Below are positions 9,593 to 21,732 of a DNA stretch of 64,000 bases, in pieces (the stretch's first letter is position 1; every line of letters starts with the position of its first letter). Origin of the DNA: Thermodesulfobacteriota bacterium (GTDB taxonomy: Bacteria; Desulfobacterota; Desulfobacteria; Desulfobacterales; C00003060). The notes under the pieces were generated by a model. The model ran no database searches. It saw only the letters and a list, made by a program, of their open reading frames with translations, and was not told the DNA's origin. The stretch is from the NCBI GenBank assembly GCA_034189385.1, contig JAXHVD010000014.1, positions 17,453 to 81,452 of the forward strand, given 5' to 3'. Both the position numbers and the translations under genes were made by a program.

Positions 9593-10858
9593 ATGCGCGA
9601 GGTCATCGCCCTTGTGATGGCTGGCGGTAAGGGGGAGCGCCTCTACCCGCTGACACGGGACCGATCCAAGCCGGCGGTCCCCTTTGGGGGGATATACCGC
9701 ATCATAGACGTCACCCTGAGCAACTGCGTTAATTCTAACATCTACAAGATCATCGTATTGCCTCAGTACAAGGCCCAGTCCCTAGTAGAGCATCTTGAAG
9801 TGGGATGGAACATATTCAGTTATGCCCTTGGCCATTATCTGAAGGTTGTGCATCCCCAAATGCGCACGGGGGACCAATGGTACCAGGGCACCGCAGATTC
9901 GGTGCGTCAAAACCTTTATCTCATAGAACGAGAAGCCCCAGAACAGATACTCGTCCTTTCAGGCGATCATGTCTACAAGATGGACTATGCCCGCCTCAAG
10001 AACTTTCACCGGGAAAAAGATGCAGACATTACCATCTCGGTCATCGAAGTGCCTGCCCACGACACCCATCGCTTTGGCATATTAGAGGTCTCTACTGACT
10101 ATCGGGTCACGGGCTTTCAAGAAAAGCCCCGATCGCCCGCCACTATCCCTGGCGACCCTGAACACGCCTTGGCGTCCATGGGCATCTATATCTTCAAGGC
10201 CTCTGTTTTAATAGACTTGCTGAAGTCTTCAGAGGGTGATGACTTTGGCAAACACATCATCCCTCAGGCACTGGACCGATACTCCCTTTACGCCTTCCCC
10301 TACAAGAAGGAGAATCGGATTGAGGACTTTGTCTACACCATCCGTGAGGATGGGAGCCGGGTGCGCGTGTTGCAGTCGTGCGTAGATGACTCCTCGTACT
10401 GGCGGGATGTGGGGGACCTAGACGCTTACTGGAACGCGAACATGGATTTGACCGGTGTGGAGCCGGCATTTAACGTCTATGGATCCAAATGGCCCCTTCG
10501 AACCTTTCAGGCCCCCTATCCGCCGGTAAAGACCGTCTTTCAGAACAAGTCTGCCAACAGGATAGGCATGTCACTCGATTCTATTGTATCACACGGGACC
10601 ATCATCAGCGGCGGGATTGTAAAGAACTCCGTCCTCTCCTACAACGTGATGGTAAGAAGCTGGGCAGAGGTACGAGAATCGGTGATCATGTCAGACGTAG
10701 AGATTGGCCGCCACTGCAAGATCATGAAGGCCATTATCGACAAAGGGAACACGATACCGCCAAACACGGAAATCGGGTATGACCCGGAAAACGACCGGAA
10801 GAAATTTACGGTAACGCCTCGGGGCATTGTGGTGGTGCCAAAAGGGACCTTTGCATAA
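9593..10858 (+). CDS. glgC: glucose-1-phosphate adenylyltransferase
   Basis: N-terminal LAGGKGERL.PLT..R.KPAVPFGG motif, 421 aa, C-terminal left-handed beta-helix region. Starts 3 nt after the dapB stop. Confidence 0.9.
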   Translation: MREVIALVMAGGKGERLYPLTRDRSKPAVPFGGIYRIIDVTLSNCVNSNIYKIIVLPQYKAQSLVEHLEVGWNIFSYALGHYLKVVHPQMRTGDQWYQGTADSVRQNLYLIEREAPEQILVLSGDHVYKMDYARLKNFHREKDADITISVIEVPAHDTHRFGILEVSTDYRVTGFQEKPRSPATIPGDPEHALASMGIYIFKASVLIDLLKSSEGDDFGKHIIPQALDRYSLYAFPYKKENRIEDFVYTIREDGSRVRVLQSCVDDSSYWRDVGDLDAYWNANMDLTGVEPAFNVYGSKWPLRTFQAPYPPVKTVFQNKSANRIGMSLDSIVSHGTIISGGIVKNSVLSYNVMVRSWAEVRESVIMSDVEIGRHCKIMKAIIDKGNTIPPNTEIGYDPENDRKKFTVTPRGIVVVPKGTFA

Positions 10859-10882
10859 AAAAAGGATGGGGCCTTTGCCCCA
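10857..10882 (-). terminator. putative rho-independent terminator (possibly bidirectional)
   Basis: Stem TGGGGC/GCCCCA with a 4-nt loop, followed on the minus strand by a T8 run. Lies between convergent genes. Confidence 0.5.
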
Positions 10883-10956
10883 CCCTTTGATGCCTTCCCA
10901 ACATATGGAAAGATCCTAGTAACGCATGTTAACACCCGCCTTGTCTGGACAGGGCG

Positions 10957-11898
10957 TTACCTGGTTTCGCCATACCGCTGCAGATTATCCTTCACCCTTC
11001 GAATACTGCCCAAGCGCTCCTTGATCGCCTGGCGCGTGGCGTCTGATGCGGCATATTTGGAGGCCTGAGCCAGGTACGATTTTGCCCCCTTTAGATCTGG
11101 TATCTCTCCTGTTCTCAACATCTTGTCGGCCAGCTTAATATAATACTTGGCAACGACGCCATGGGCCTGCCTTTTCGTATAGGTACTCTGTTCCGGCAAA
11201 CTCTTAATAATCGTAGGATCTGAAAAGGTGGCCACCCGTTTCTTGCCCATGGGAGCAAATCTGCCTTGCCACAACTCGATCATTTGCTCTTTCTGTTTAA
11301 AGTAGAAGTTGCTCGAGTTGGATAGACTGGCCATGAGAAGAATCACAATCACAAGTGCAAACCCCCCAATGGCGTATTTCAACATCCTGTCCATGGGGTC
11401 CTCAGGCGGAGGTGTATCAGACGGGGACGAAGGCCCACCCGATGCCTTTGGTTCGGCAGGATGGGGAGTCCGCTCCGTTTTTTCGACTGGTTTTGACGGC
11501 TCCTCATCAAACCGCTTAAAGAGGAGCTTCCTGATCTTCTCTTTGTCTTGGTCGCTCTTCATGATGTCTTTCTCCTGTGCCCTCAGTTTGCTTTCAGCCC
11601 CTGGCTGCTTTTCTTGTTTCTTCAGTAACTCACCGAATCGTTTCCACACCTTGTCAGAGACTGGCGCTCCCGCCTTTAGCCCCTCCGCGCCCTGTGCCTT
11701 AAACTGCTTCTGCCACCTGTAGTAGGTTGATTGACCAAGGCCAAGCTGTTTCAACGTAGCCTTTACTGAACCTGAAGACCGTTTAACGCCTTCCAGGATG
11801 GCCTTTTTCCTTTCGGCTTCCTGCAAACTGGCTGTTTTCTTTGGCTTTGCGGGGCTCTTCTTCGTGGATGTAGGCTGGCGCTTGGGACTCTTAGGCAT
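10957..11898 (-). CDS. membrane-anchored helix-turn-helix protein, hypothetical
   Basis: Lys-rich N-terminus, HTH-like segment (LKQLGLGQSTYYRWQKQF), one TM helix (YAIGGFALVIVILLMASL) and a C-terminal extracytoplasmic domain. Confidence 0.6.
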   Translation of the reverse strand: MPKSPKRQPTSTKKSPAKPKKTASLQEAERKKAILEGVKRSSGSVKATLKQLGLGQSTYYRWQKQFKAQGAEGLKAGAPVSDKVWKRFGELLKKQEKQPGAESKLRAQEKDIMKSDQDKEKIRKLLFKRFDEEPSKPVEKTERTPHPAEPKASGGPSSPSDTPPPEDPMDRMLKYAIGGFALVIVILLMASLSNSSNFYFKQKEQMIELWQGRFAPMGKKRVATFSDPTIIKSLPEQSTYTKRQAHGVVAKYYIKLADKMLRTGEIPDLKGAKSYLAQASKYAASDATRQAIKERLGSIRRVKDNLQRYGETR

Positions 11899-12119
11899 CG
11901 GTACCCCACCTCTGCAAATGTGTGTTCGAAAACAACCGCCTTATATATGCTACCAGTCTTTTTGTAAAGGAATTTCTTTCTCTATGGCTCGAGATTGTCG
12001 GCCAGCACAAGAGACCCTATTCAGTCTTAACCTCTTCTGTCTTCTAGAAGTTTCCCCTTCCATCCCAACCTGCAACAGGGCAACCACAGACCGCCTCAGC
12101 AAATGGGACCGGGCAAGCC

Positions 12120-13538
12120 TCAATAGGAACCGGCGTGAGCAGAAAGCGTCTGTTGGTTAAGGGGGGGGCTATAGGACCCGCATATGGCCAGTATCACACG
12201 GTCCAGAACAAGCTTGGGATCTTGACCAGTTGTCTTGAGTCGAATATCAGCATCCAAGAGGACCTCTAGTGCCTTGCCAAGCTCATCAAAGGTATAGTTA
12301 TCTGCGTGCGCAAAGGTTTTGTATACTACGAAGGGGTGTGTGTTACTGATGAGCGCCCCCCCTTCAGCCTTGTCCAGCTCTTTCAGCATGGTTTTCTGGA
12401 AGGCCCCATAGCCCATCCCTCTCTTCCAGCCCCTCCCTTGGGGGCGCTGGGTGAAATCCCTGGCCACGAGCAACTTCCGTACTTGATTGACGGCGGCCGC
12501 CAGGATTTGAAGGGGGAAGAAGTCGGCCTTCAAGAGGCTGTCTACAAAAAAGAGGGCTTTTTCAGTGTCCCTCTCCCCTATGGCATTGGTCAGTTCGTAA
12601 ATGGGGTCCGCTTTGGTCTTCTCTGAGGCTTCATCAACGTCTTCGGCCAAGATCTTCTTTCGGTCCCCCACAAATGTAATCAACTTCTCAAGTTCGTTAC
12701 TGAAGTTGCGTAAACCGCTACCCGTCTTTTGGTACAGGGCCTCAAATCCGTCCGAGGTCATGGTCTTGCCCGCCCGTTTCAGCGCCCCCGTCATGTAATC
12801 TCTCAATGTCTCTTTCTGCTGGCGTTTGTCAACGGCCCTGTCGCCTTGTGCAACAGAGCAGTCCACGACCACCCCGGCCTTCCTGATGACCTTGTACAGC
12901 TTGCGGCGCTTGTCTATGAACTCAGCCGTTAGGACAAGATGGTTTGACTCGGGAAAGCCACTGCCCACGACCTCTGCCAAGGCATCGGCATCCTCCCTGT
13001 GGACAGGGGCTCCTACTCTTTCCGTGCGGCAATAGTCGATGATGTCCCTTACCCATGGGCCAACGATCTCTTTATAAGCCTGGGATCCGTGCCCCAAGGC
13101 CCCACCCAGAGACTTCTCCCATTCTCCTTGGCCAACATCTTCTAGGGTCAAGTCCGCGATGCCCAGCATGGTGACAAAATGCCGTGCCGACCGCTTCAGG
13201 TCCTGCTTCTCAAAGGCGGTTTTTGACTTGATCAAGAGCTCATGGACAGACACCTTTGAATAGAACAGGTTGGTGTCGTGCACGGCAATGACTTTCGGCC
13301 CTGGAAGGAGAGGGAATGTGTTTAAGCGTGCAATCACATCCCCAATCGCTGCGCTATCGCCGTCCAGCGCTTCATAGTTTAGGCCCTGTTGATGCGGGGC
13401 AATGATGCGATCTAGGAGGGTCTTAAAGGCCAACTTGTACAAGAATTCGTCACCATGAAGCAGGTAAACAGGCGCGGCTCCGGTCTTATCTGCCTCAGTC
13501 ATCACCCCCTTTAGATCTTCGTACCTAATCTCGGGCAT
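12120..13538 (-). CDS. holA: DNA polymerase III subunit delta (HolA-like, enlarged)
   Basis: N-terminal PVYLLHGDEFL motif and a C-terminal helical domain pattern. ATG 13538 overlaps the lgt stop by 14 nt. The ORF-track start 13592 lies inside lgt. Confidence 0.6.
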   Translation of the reverse strand: MPEIRYEDLKGVMTEADKTGAAPVYLLHGDEFLYKLAFKTLLDRIIAPHQQGLNYEALDGDSAAIGDVIARLNTFPLLPGPKVIAVHDTNLFYSKVSVHELLIKSKTAFEKQDLKRSARHFVTMLGIADLTLEDVGQGEWEKSLGGALGHGSQAYKEIVGPWVRDIIDYCRTERVGAPVHREDADALAEVVGSGFPESNHLVLTAEFIDKRRKLYKVIRKAGVVVDCSVAQGDRAVDKRQQKETLRDYMTGALKRAGKTMTSDGFEALYQKTGSGLRNFSNELEKLITFVGDRKKILAEDVDEASEKTKADPIYELTNAIGERDTEKALFFVDSLLKADFFPLQILAAAVNQVRKLLVARDFTQRPQGRGWKRGMGYGAFQKTMLKELDKAEGGALISNTHPFVVYKTFAHADNYTFDELGKALEVLLDADIRLKTTGQDPKLVLDRVILAICGSYSPPLNQQTLSAHAGSY

Positions 13539-14292
13539 TGCGCCGCCATAATAAAACGAGCATGGCCATGGCAATGACGGCCATGGCCACACCGATCATT
13601 TGAGACGTTGATATGATGCCCCCCAGAAGCACCCCCCGGTCATCCCCTCTAAAGCATTCAATGATGGACCGGCTCACCCCGTACAGGAGTACATAGGCCC
13701 AAAATATCTGGCCTTGGGCCCTCTGAAGGCGCCTCAATCCCACAAGGACTGCAAATATAAGGAGGCCGTTTAAGGAAGAATAGAGTTGCGTCGGATGAAG
13801 CGGCACCCCAATCGGGGCCAGTGAGTCAGGGTCTGTAAAGACAACGGCCCATGGCAGGGTGCAGGCCTTTCCGTAGCAGCAGCCGGCAGAGAAGCACCCC
13901 AGGCGTCCTATGAACTGGCCAAAGGCAATGGACGGGGCTAGGATGTCTGCCGTCTTCCAGAGGGAAAGCCCCTTCACCCTCACATACCACAGTGCCGTCA
14001 CGAAGGCAGCGATGAACCCCCCATAAAATACAAGCCCACCGCGCCATATCCGTATGATCTCAACAGGATCTTGCCGAAAAGTCGGCCACTCAATCACTAC
14101 ATAGAGTATGCGAGAACCCACGATAGCGGCAATGAGTACGTAGAAGCACAGATCCAGCAGTCTATCGGGATCTTCCCCGACCCTACGGGCCTCCTTGAGA
14201 GCCAGCGCCATGGCAGCAAGGAATGCAATGGCCACAAAAACGCCATAGGTGTGGAGTGCAAAAGGGCCTATGTGAAACAATACAGGATGCAT
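13525..14292 (-). CDS. lgt: prolipoprotein diacylglyceryl transferase
   Basis: 255 aa polytopic protein. Motifs HPVLF.IGPF..H.YG, GRLGCF..GCCYG and HPTQLY. Confidence 0.9.
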   Translation of the reverse strand: MHPVLFHIGPFALHTYGVFVAIAFLAAMALALKEARRVGEDPDRLLDLCFYVLIAAIVGSRILYVVIEWPTFRQDPVEIIRIWRGGLVFYGGFIAAFVTALWYVRVKGLSLWKTADILAPSIAFGQFIGRLGCFSAGCCYGKACTLPWAVVFTDPDSLAPIGVPLHPTQLYSSLNGLLIFAVLVGLRRLQRAQGQIFWAYVLLYGVSRSIIECFRGDDRGVLLGGIISTSQMIGVAMAVIAMAMLVLLWRRNARD

Positions 14293-14438
14293 CGTGCTCG
14301 TTTCCGGTGATCTCGTTACTGGTTACTTGTTGCTTGACTGAAACTGGGGCTTTTCAGGCACACCCCCCTTGACAAAAGGTCATACAACGGGCTGTTACCC
14401 AAATGGCTTGTCGCCTTGGGCAAAGAGCCCGTCAGAGG

Positions 14439-14927
14439 TTATACTTTTCTCATGAGCGCTAAGACAAACAGAGTTCCGGCCCCAACCGATATGGCACTGT
14501 CCGCGATGTTGAAGGCAGGCCAATGGGTGTTCCCAATATAGAAGTCAAGAAAATCAACAACCTCTCCAAAACGAAGGCGATCGATGAGGTTTCCCAAGGC
14601 CCCCCCAAATATCATGGCAAAGGCCCCCCCAATCCATGGCTTGCCGGGAGTGACCCTGGAATAAAAGATCAGAATGATAACAAGGGCCAAGACCGAGATG
14701 GCCAAGAAGAACAGGGTGCGCATCCCAGTCGCGTCTCCTGCCAGCAACCCAAAGGCACCGCCAGTGTTGCGGATGTGGACCAGTGAGAAAAGCCCCGGAA
14801 TCACCACGAGGGATTCATGAAGTGAAAAGGCGTGAACGACAATGGCCTTGGTCACCTGATCCAACACGACAATAATGCCTGCGAACAAGAAAAATGTTGA
14901 ATACTTCTTACCGCTAAAGGCAACCAT
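14439..14927 (-). CDS. lspA: lipoprotein signal peptidase II
   Basis: 162 aa with NTGGAFG and FNIADS motifs. Directly follows ileS, the classic ileS-lspA arrangement. Confidence 0.9.
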   Translation of the reverse strand: MVAFSGKKYSTFFLFAGIIVVLDQVTKAIVVHAFSLHESLVVIPGLFSLVHIRNTGGAFGLLAGDATGMRTLFFLAISVLALVIILIFYSRVTPGKPWIGGAFAMIFGGALGNLIDRLRFGEVVDFLDFYIGNTHWPAFNIADSAISVGAGTLFVLALMRKV

Positions 14928-17747
14928 CTAGATACCGTCATCGCCCCTTTGAAGGGCCTGCACGCATCGAGAACACAGGGTCTGGTGAGTGTGGTCAGTG
15001 CCCACAGACAGATCATGTATCCAGCAACGTTCGCACTTTGCGCCAGGGGCACGATCTATGCCTATGGCAAGGCCTGGGATCTTGTGGCTAAGGGGGCCCT
15101 TTTCCAACCCTCTGTTCGACACGATCGATACTTCGGATGCGATAAAAACAGCGCGGAGTTCTTCTTCAGTGGGCTTCACTGTTTCGAGGAATTCCTTGGG
15201 AAGGTCCAGCGCCACTGCGGCATCGAGGGAGTGGCCGATCACCTTCTGGACCCTTGCCTCTTCCATGGCCTTGCTCACCTCTCCCCTCAATGTCATGATA
15301 GATTCCCATCGTTCTGAAAGCCCTGCATCCAGAAACGATTCGTCTACCTCGGGCAACTGCGCCAGATGAACACTTGTGGGCCTGTCGTCTGCCTTGGGCA
15401 TGTGCTGCCATACCTCCTCTGCCATGAAAACAATGATAGGGGCCATGAGGCGCGCCAAGGTGTCGACAATGATGTACAGTGCACTCTGGGCCGACCGCCT
15501 GGCATGGGATTTCCTGGGCGACGTATAGAGTCTGTCCTTTAACACGTCCAGGTAAAAGGCACCCATATCCAAGGTACAGTAGTTGTACAAGGCATGATAA
15601 ACGGCATGGAACTCGAAGGATTCATAGGCCCCACGGGTTCGTCTCACCAGATGCTGAAGTCTGAGTAAGGCAAACCGATCAATCTCGTGCATCTGTGCAT
15701 ATGGCACGACATCTCCCTTAGGATCAAAATCGCCCAAGTTGCCAAGGATGAACCGGCTGGTGTTACGGATCCGGCGGTAGGCGTCTGTCAGCTGTTTGAG
15801 GATCTTCTCCGATATCTTGATATCATCCTGGTAGTCTGATGCCGCAACCCACAGCCGGAGGATCTCGGCACCATAGCGGTTAATGATCTCGCTGGGCGCA
15901 ATCACGTTCCCCTTGGACTTGGACATCTTTTCTCCCTTACCATCCACGACAAAACCGTGGGTCAGCACACTCCGGTAAGGGGCCTTCCCACGGGTACCCA
16001 CGGCAGTGAGCAACGCACTATGGAACCATCCCCGATGCTGATCGCTCCCCTCCAGGTACATGTCTGCCGGCCACCTGAGACCATCTCTAGCCTCAAGGAC
16101 AGCGGTGTGGCTTACCCCTGAGTCAAACCACACATCCAAAATATCCTTCTCTTTATCAAAGGTGTCTCCCTGGCATTCAGGGCACTTTGTCCCCTTAGGC
16201 AGGAGAAAGGCCGCGTCGGCTTCAAACCAGATGTCAGCCCCATGGGCTTCAAAGAGGGCGGCCACATGATCAATGATGTCGGCCGTGATGAGGCGTGATC
16301 GGCATTTTGTGCAATAAAAAGCCACAATGGGCACCCCCCACGACCGCTGCCTGGAGATACACCAGTCCGGGCGGTTCTCAATCATCCCGTAGATGCGGTC
16401 CCGACCCCAAGCCGGAATCCAGCGTACCTGGTCAATAGATGTCAGGGCCTTTTGTCTCAGCCCTGCCTTCTCCATAGAAATGAACCATTGCTCCGTGGCC
16501 CGAAAGATCACGGGTTCCTTGCAACGCCAGCAGTGAGGGTACGTATGCTCCACGCGCCCTTTACTGACCAGTTTCCCGCATTCTTCAAGCTTGGAAATGA
16601 CAACGCTGTTTGCATCAAAAACAAACATACCGGCCAGAAACTCCACATCTTTTTCAAAGCAGCCATCATCGTCCACAGGGGAATAGATCTCTAAGCCATA
16701 CTCCAGGCCAGCCTCATAGTCTTCCCGTCCGTGGCCCGGTGCCGTGTGGACACAACCCGTTCCAGTATCCAAGGTCACGTGCTCAGCAAGGATTACCATA
16801 GAGTCTCGATCGTAGAGGGGATGACGGCACAGGGACTTCTCCAGTCTGTGGGGGTCCACTTGTTCCAATACCTTATAGTCCCTGATCCCAGAGGCCTCCA
16901 TGGTGCTCTCCACAAGGGCCTGGGCCAGGATATAAACCTCGCCGCCCCCTACGTCCACTGCCACATACTCAAAGGCAGGATGGATGGCCACAGCCAGATT
17001 GGCCGGAATTGTCCATGGGGTAGTCGTCCAGATGACCAGAGAGACGTTCTTTCCCTTCAGGGAGGGGAAATCGCCTCCTATGTCTGAAATCAGAGGGAAC
17101 TTGACGTAGATAGATGGAGAGGTGCGGCTCTTGTACTCCACTTCTGCTTCTGCCAGGGCTGTGTGACACGTGCTGCACCAATAGATAGGCTTGGTGCTCT
17201 TAAAGAGGCTTCCGTCAGCGGCAAATTTTCCAAACTCCCTGACGATAGTTGCCACATAGCCGTGGTTCATCGTGAGATAGGGGTTATCCCACTCGCCCAT
17301 CACACCGAGCCTCTTGAACTCTTCCCTCTGGAGCCCAATGTATTTCTTTGCATAGGCCCGGCACTGCCTTCTCACTTCTGTTTGACCCATCTCTTTCTTC
17401 TTCTCGCCAAGCTCCTGGTCAACCTGATGCTCAATGGGAAGGCCGTGGCAATCCCATCCCGGCACATAGGGCACGTTAAAACCATTCATCTGGCGAGATC
17501 GGATAATCATGTCCTTCAATATCTTGTTCAGGGCCGTGCCAATATGGATATGTCCGTTGGCATAGGGGGGGCCGTCATGAAGAATGAAAGGGGGCTTGCC
17601 CTTGGATGCTTCCCTGATCTGTTCGTAAAGCCCGCCGCCTTCCCAGGCCTTGAGCATTTCAGGTTCTTTCTGAGCAAGATTTGCCTTCATGGGAAAGTCT
17701 GTTCGAGGAAGATTCAAAGTGGCTTTATAGTCCATGTCATGCTCCAA
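14928..17747 (-). CDS. ileS: isoleucine--tRNA ligase
   Basis: 939 aa with HIGH-type motif ([11 protein letters not shown]), KMSKS, and a C-terminal zinc finger (CERCW...CSRC). Confidence 0.97.
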   Translation of the reverse strand: MEHDMDYKATLNLPRTDFPMKANLAQKEPEMLKAWEGGGLYEQIREASKGKPPFILHDGPPYANGHIHIGTALNKILKDMIIRSRQMNGFNVPYVPGWDCHGLPIEHQVDQELGEKKKEMGQTEVRRQCRAYAKKYIGLQREEFKRLGVMGEWDNPYLTMNHGYVATIVREFGKFAADGSLFKSTKPIYWCSTCHTALAEAEVEYKSRTSPSIYVKFPLISDIGGDFPSLKGKNVSLVIWTTTPWTIPANLAVAIHPAFEYVAVDVGGGEVYILAQALVESTMEASGIRDYKVLEQVDPHRLEKSLCRHPLYDRDSMVILAEHVTLDTGTGCVHTAPGHGREDYEAGLEYGLEIYSPVDDDGCFEKDVEFLAGMFVFDANSVVISKLEECGKLVSKGRVEHTYPHCWRCKEPVIFRATEQWFISMEKAGLRQKALTSIDQVRWIPAWGRDRIYGMIENRPDWCISRQRSWGVPIVAFYCTKCRSRLITADIIDHVAALFEAHGADIWFEADAAFLLPKGTKCPECQGDTFDKEKDILDVWFDSGVSHTAVLEARDGLRWPADMYLEGSDQHRGWFHSALLTAVGTRGKAPYRSVLTHGFVVDGKGEKMSKSKGNVIAPSEIINRYGAEILRLWVAASDYQDDIKISEKILKQLTDAYRRIRNTSRFILGNLGDFDPKGDVVPYAQMHEIDRFALLRLQHLVRRTRGAYESFEFHAVYHALYNYCTLDMGAFYLDVLKDRLYTSPRKSHARRSAQSALYIIVDTLARLMAPIIVFMAEEVWQHMPKADDRPTSVHLAQLPEVDESFLDAGLSERWESIMTLRGEVSKAMEEARVQKVIGHSLDAAVALDLPKEFLETVKPTEEELRAVFIASEVSIVSNRGLEKGPLSHKIPGLAIGIDRAPGAKCERCWIHDLSVGTDHTHQTLCSRCVQALQRGDDGI

Positions 17748-17848
17748 TGCTGGAAAGATAAATTTTCACGATGCAAATATCACAACACCATGACTTGTCA
17801 AGGAAGTGTTGAAGCACCCCAATCGCCACCGCCCCACAAAATATGGAC

Positions 17849-17883
17849 AAAAAAAGGCCTCCATGCCCGCGCACGGAGGCCTT
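17849..17883 (-). terminator. rho-independent terminator downstream of groEL
   Basis: 9-bp stem AAGGCCTCC/GGAGGCCTT, followed on the minus strand by a run of about 9 T. Confidence 0.8.
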
Positions 17884-17918
17884 ATTGAAACAACGAAACT
17901 CAGTCAATGGGATATCTG

Positions 17919-19571
<1,653 letters not shown>

Positions 19572-19645
19572 TTAGAATTTTTGTTGCTGGAGATACCAGC
19601 AAGCTTCACCTTACACGACCCTTGACACCTTGACCGTGAAGCATT

Positions 19646-19936
19646 CTATTTCTCAATCACTCCGAGCACATCGTCTTCACGCATGATGAGGTATTCTGTA
19701 CCATCGATTTTTACCTCTGTGCCCGCATATTTGCTAAAGAGTATCCGGTCATCTTTTTTTACGTCAAGGGGAAGCTTCTTACCATCCTCTGAAACTTTCC
19801 CTTTCCCCACTGCCATAACCAGACCTTCAGAGGGTTTCTCTTTGGCGCTGTCCGGGATAATGATCCCCCCCTTGGTCCTTTCTTCTTCTTCAAGACGTTT
19901 GACGAGTATTCGGTCTTGCAAAGGTCTAATCTTCAT
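19646..19936 (-). CDS. groS: co-chaperonin GroES
   Basis: 96 aa. MKIRPL.DR.LVKR... pattern, immediately upstream of groEL. Confidence 0.98.
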   Translation of the reverse strand: MKIRPLQDRILVKRLEEEERTKGGIIIPDSAKEKPSEGLVMAVGKGKVSEDGKKLPLDVKKDDRILFSKYAGTEVKIDGTEYLIMREDDVLGVIEK

Positions 19937-20341
19937 AGTGCTACATCTCCTTCTTTCTAAATTTTCAGCCTTGTGTTGCCCTCTCTGTGGCGATTCTAAC
20001 GAACTCTCCGTAAACTAGCCCATGTCACCTCCTTTCGCAAAACACTTCATTCTTAAATCAAGCAAAATGGAATTGTGAAAAAACCATCAGGCATACAAAT
20101 GGAATTGGATCATTCTACAACAAAATATATTCCGAAATATAATCACCGACTTGAACTTGTAAAGGGGGAAAGGCAAAAATTTTTCGCCTGGCATGACAAG
20201 TGGGGTGGCAGGGACAGCTTCTAGCTAACCCCTAGAATGGGCCTACAAACATGACAGATTCTGTGCTGCAACTCCCCTTTAGTACTAAACTTTTTTGATC
20301 AAAGGCTGGGCAAACACCTACCGCGGCTCACATCCTATGGC

Positions 20342-20623
20342 TCATCCTTCCTTCTTTGAAGAGCTCGATTCGCTGGTGCCTGTCTTGTCCTCCCCCCCGG
20401 GCTTCTTTTCCTTTTTCTTCGGGGAATGGGGTGCACATCCTGATTTGTGTGCATAATCCGTGACGTACCAACCGGTACCCTTCAGGTGAAAGGAGCTTTG
20501 CGAGATAAGCTTTTGAAGCTTGCCGGAACAGTGTTTACAGGTCGTCAACGGCCTATCGGAAAACTTCTGCCAAGCCTCTACGATCCTCCCGCAATTGGTG
20601 CATTCATACTCGTAAATCGGCAT
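20342..20623 (-). CDS. FmdB-family zinc-ribbon protein
   Basis: MPIYEYEC..CG...E......PL..C..C.G.L.K pattern typical of the FmdB/CxxC-CxxC-SSSS family. Confidence 0.85.
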   Translation of the reverse strand: MPIYEYECTNCGRIVEAWQKFSDRPLTTCKHCSGKLQKLISQSSFHLKGTGWYVTDYAHKSGCAPHSPKKKEKKPGGEDKTGTSESSSSKKEG

Positions 20624-20700
20624 CCCAGTACCTCCGTTGGCCCAGATTCTAACTAAACATAATCAACCATGATCATCTGTCAAGTGGGAAATGGTCCTTG

Positions 20701-21255
20701 TCAAACATCCCTCACCAAGTCCACCTCCCCGTGCCACCCCTTGTAGAACTCAAACACCACGTCCAAGCCGCTGATGGGAGCTGGTTCCAAGATCGCCCTT
20801 GTCCTGTTATGCACACGCGCCTCTTCTTCCATTCTTTCCTCTGGCGACGCCTCAAATGATTGTAGAAACTTGGTGAAACGAATAACATGAATGAGCTCAT
20901 GGGTAACGATATAAAGGGCAAAAGGGAACAACCGGAGCTCCGGAGCCCCTCTTAGGGTCGAAAGGATGGTATGGTCCTGAAGACATATCTTGTAAAAATC
21001 GTATGTTGAAGAGCCGAGTGACGTCTCCACCTTCCGGCCCACATATCTCATGATCTGGGCAAAGGGCCCGTTCACCACCTCCTCTGGGGAAAGGTCAGCC
21101 AAGGTTTTGACATCATATCTGCGGGACCGCCATTCGGCGAAAGACATCTTGTAAGCATTGCTTGCCAGCTCTTCGGCCAAGGCAACTGCTTCGTTGACCA
21201 CTTCCAATTGATGTCCCTCGAAATGTGGCAGTGCTTCTATGGATACCATCTCCAC
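20701..21255 (-). CDS. hypothetical protein with HExxH motif
   Basis: 184-aa ORF containing THELIHV. GTG start at 21255; an in-frame ATG lies at 21249. No family recognised. Confidence 0.55.
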   Translation of the reverse strand: MEMVSIEALPHFEGHQLEVVNEAVALAEELASNAYKMSFAEWRSRRYDVKTLADLSPEEVVNGPFAQIMRYVGRKVETSLGSSTYDFYKICLQDHTILSTLRGAPELRLFPFALYIVTHELIHVIRFTKFLQSFEASPEERMEEEARVHNRTRAILEPAPISGLDVVFEFYKGWHGEVDLVRDV

Positions 21256-21281
21256 CCGCTTTGAGAAGGCCTAATCCTTTT

Positions 21282-21485
21282 TGTAACGTTCAAAAGTGTT
21301 GATTTGGTGGATTTCTGGACAACCAACTTCGAGATAGGAACAATCGCTTCCCTTCGGCATCCAATGCCTTTAGTTAGCCTATGCCATTTGTGTAGATGGC
21401 AATGGCTGTATGCCTGCGTTCAGCGATCATCCCTATCCCTCTGACTGCCTGCTGAAGGCCTTTGCCGCAACTTTTGAACATTACC
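21282..21485 (+). mobile_element. MITE family A, copy A2 (about 204 bp)
   Basis: TIRs GTAACGTTCAAAAGT ... ACTTTTGAACATTACC. AATCCTTT occurs on both sides (21273-21280 and 21486-21493), with one extra T at the left junction. Confidence 0.85.
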
Positions 21486-21732
21486 AATCCTTTACTTCTT
21501 AACACATTATTTGAGCTACAGCCAGCTTTCTATAGACGGACTGCAGCCCGAACAGGGATACCTTTAGCCGTTTATCACACCCCTTCTCTGGCCCTGGCCA
21601 AGGCACGGGGTCCTGAGACTGCAACGGAAAGGCAGCATACAGGGACGCCATCAGGAAAAGGCTGGACATCCCCCTTTTGTTATAATAAGAAAAAGCCCGG
21701 TTTGTAAGGACTCAAGGAATGGAGGTGATGCT

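Noticed and set aside
21462-21707. ORFs or N-terminal extensions beginning MPQLLN(A/I/V)TN (also 8005-8475 minus, 25340-26713 minus, 52026-52367 plus)
   Set aside because: The shared peptide is read from the conserved right end of MITE family A (GCCTCAACTTTTGAACGTTACC). These are repeat-induced artefacts, not a protein family.
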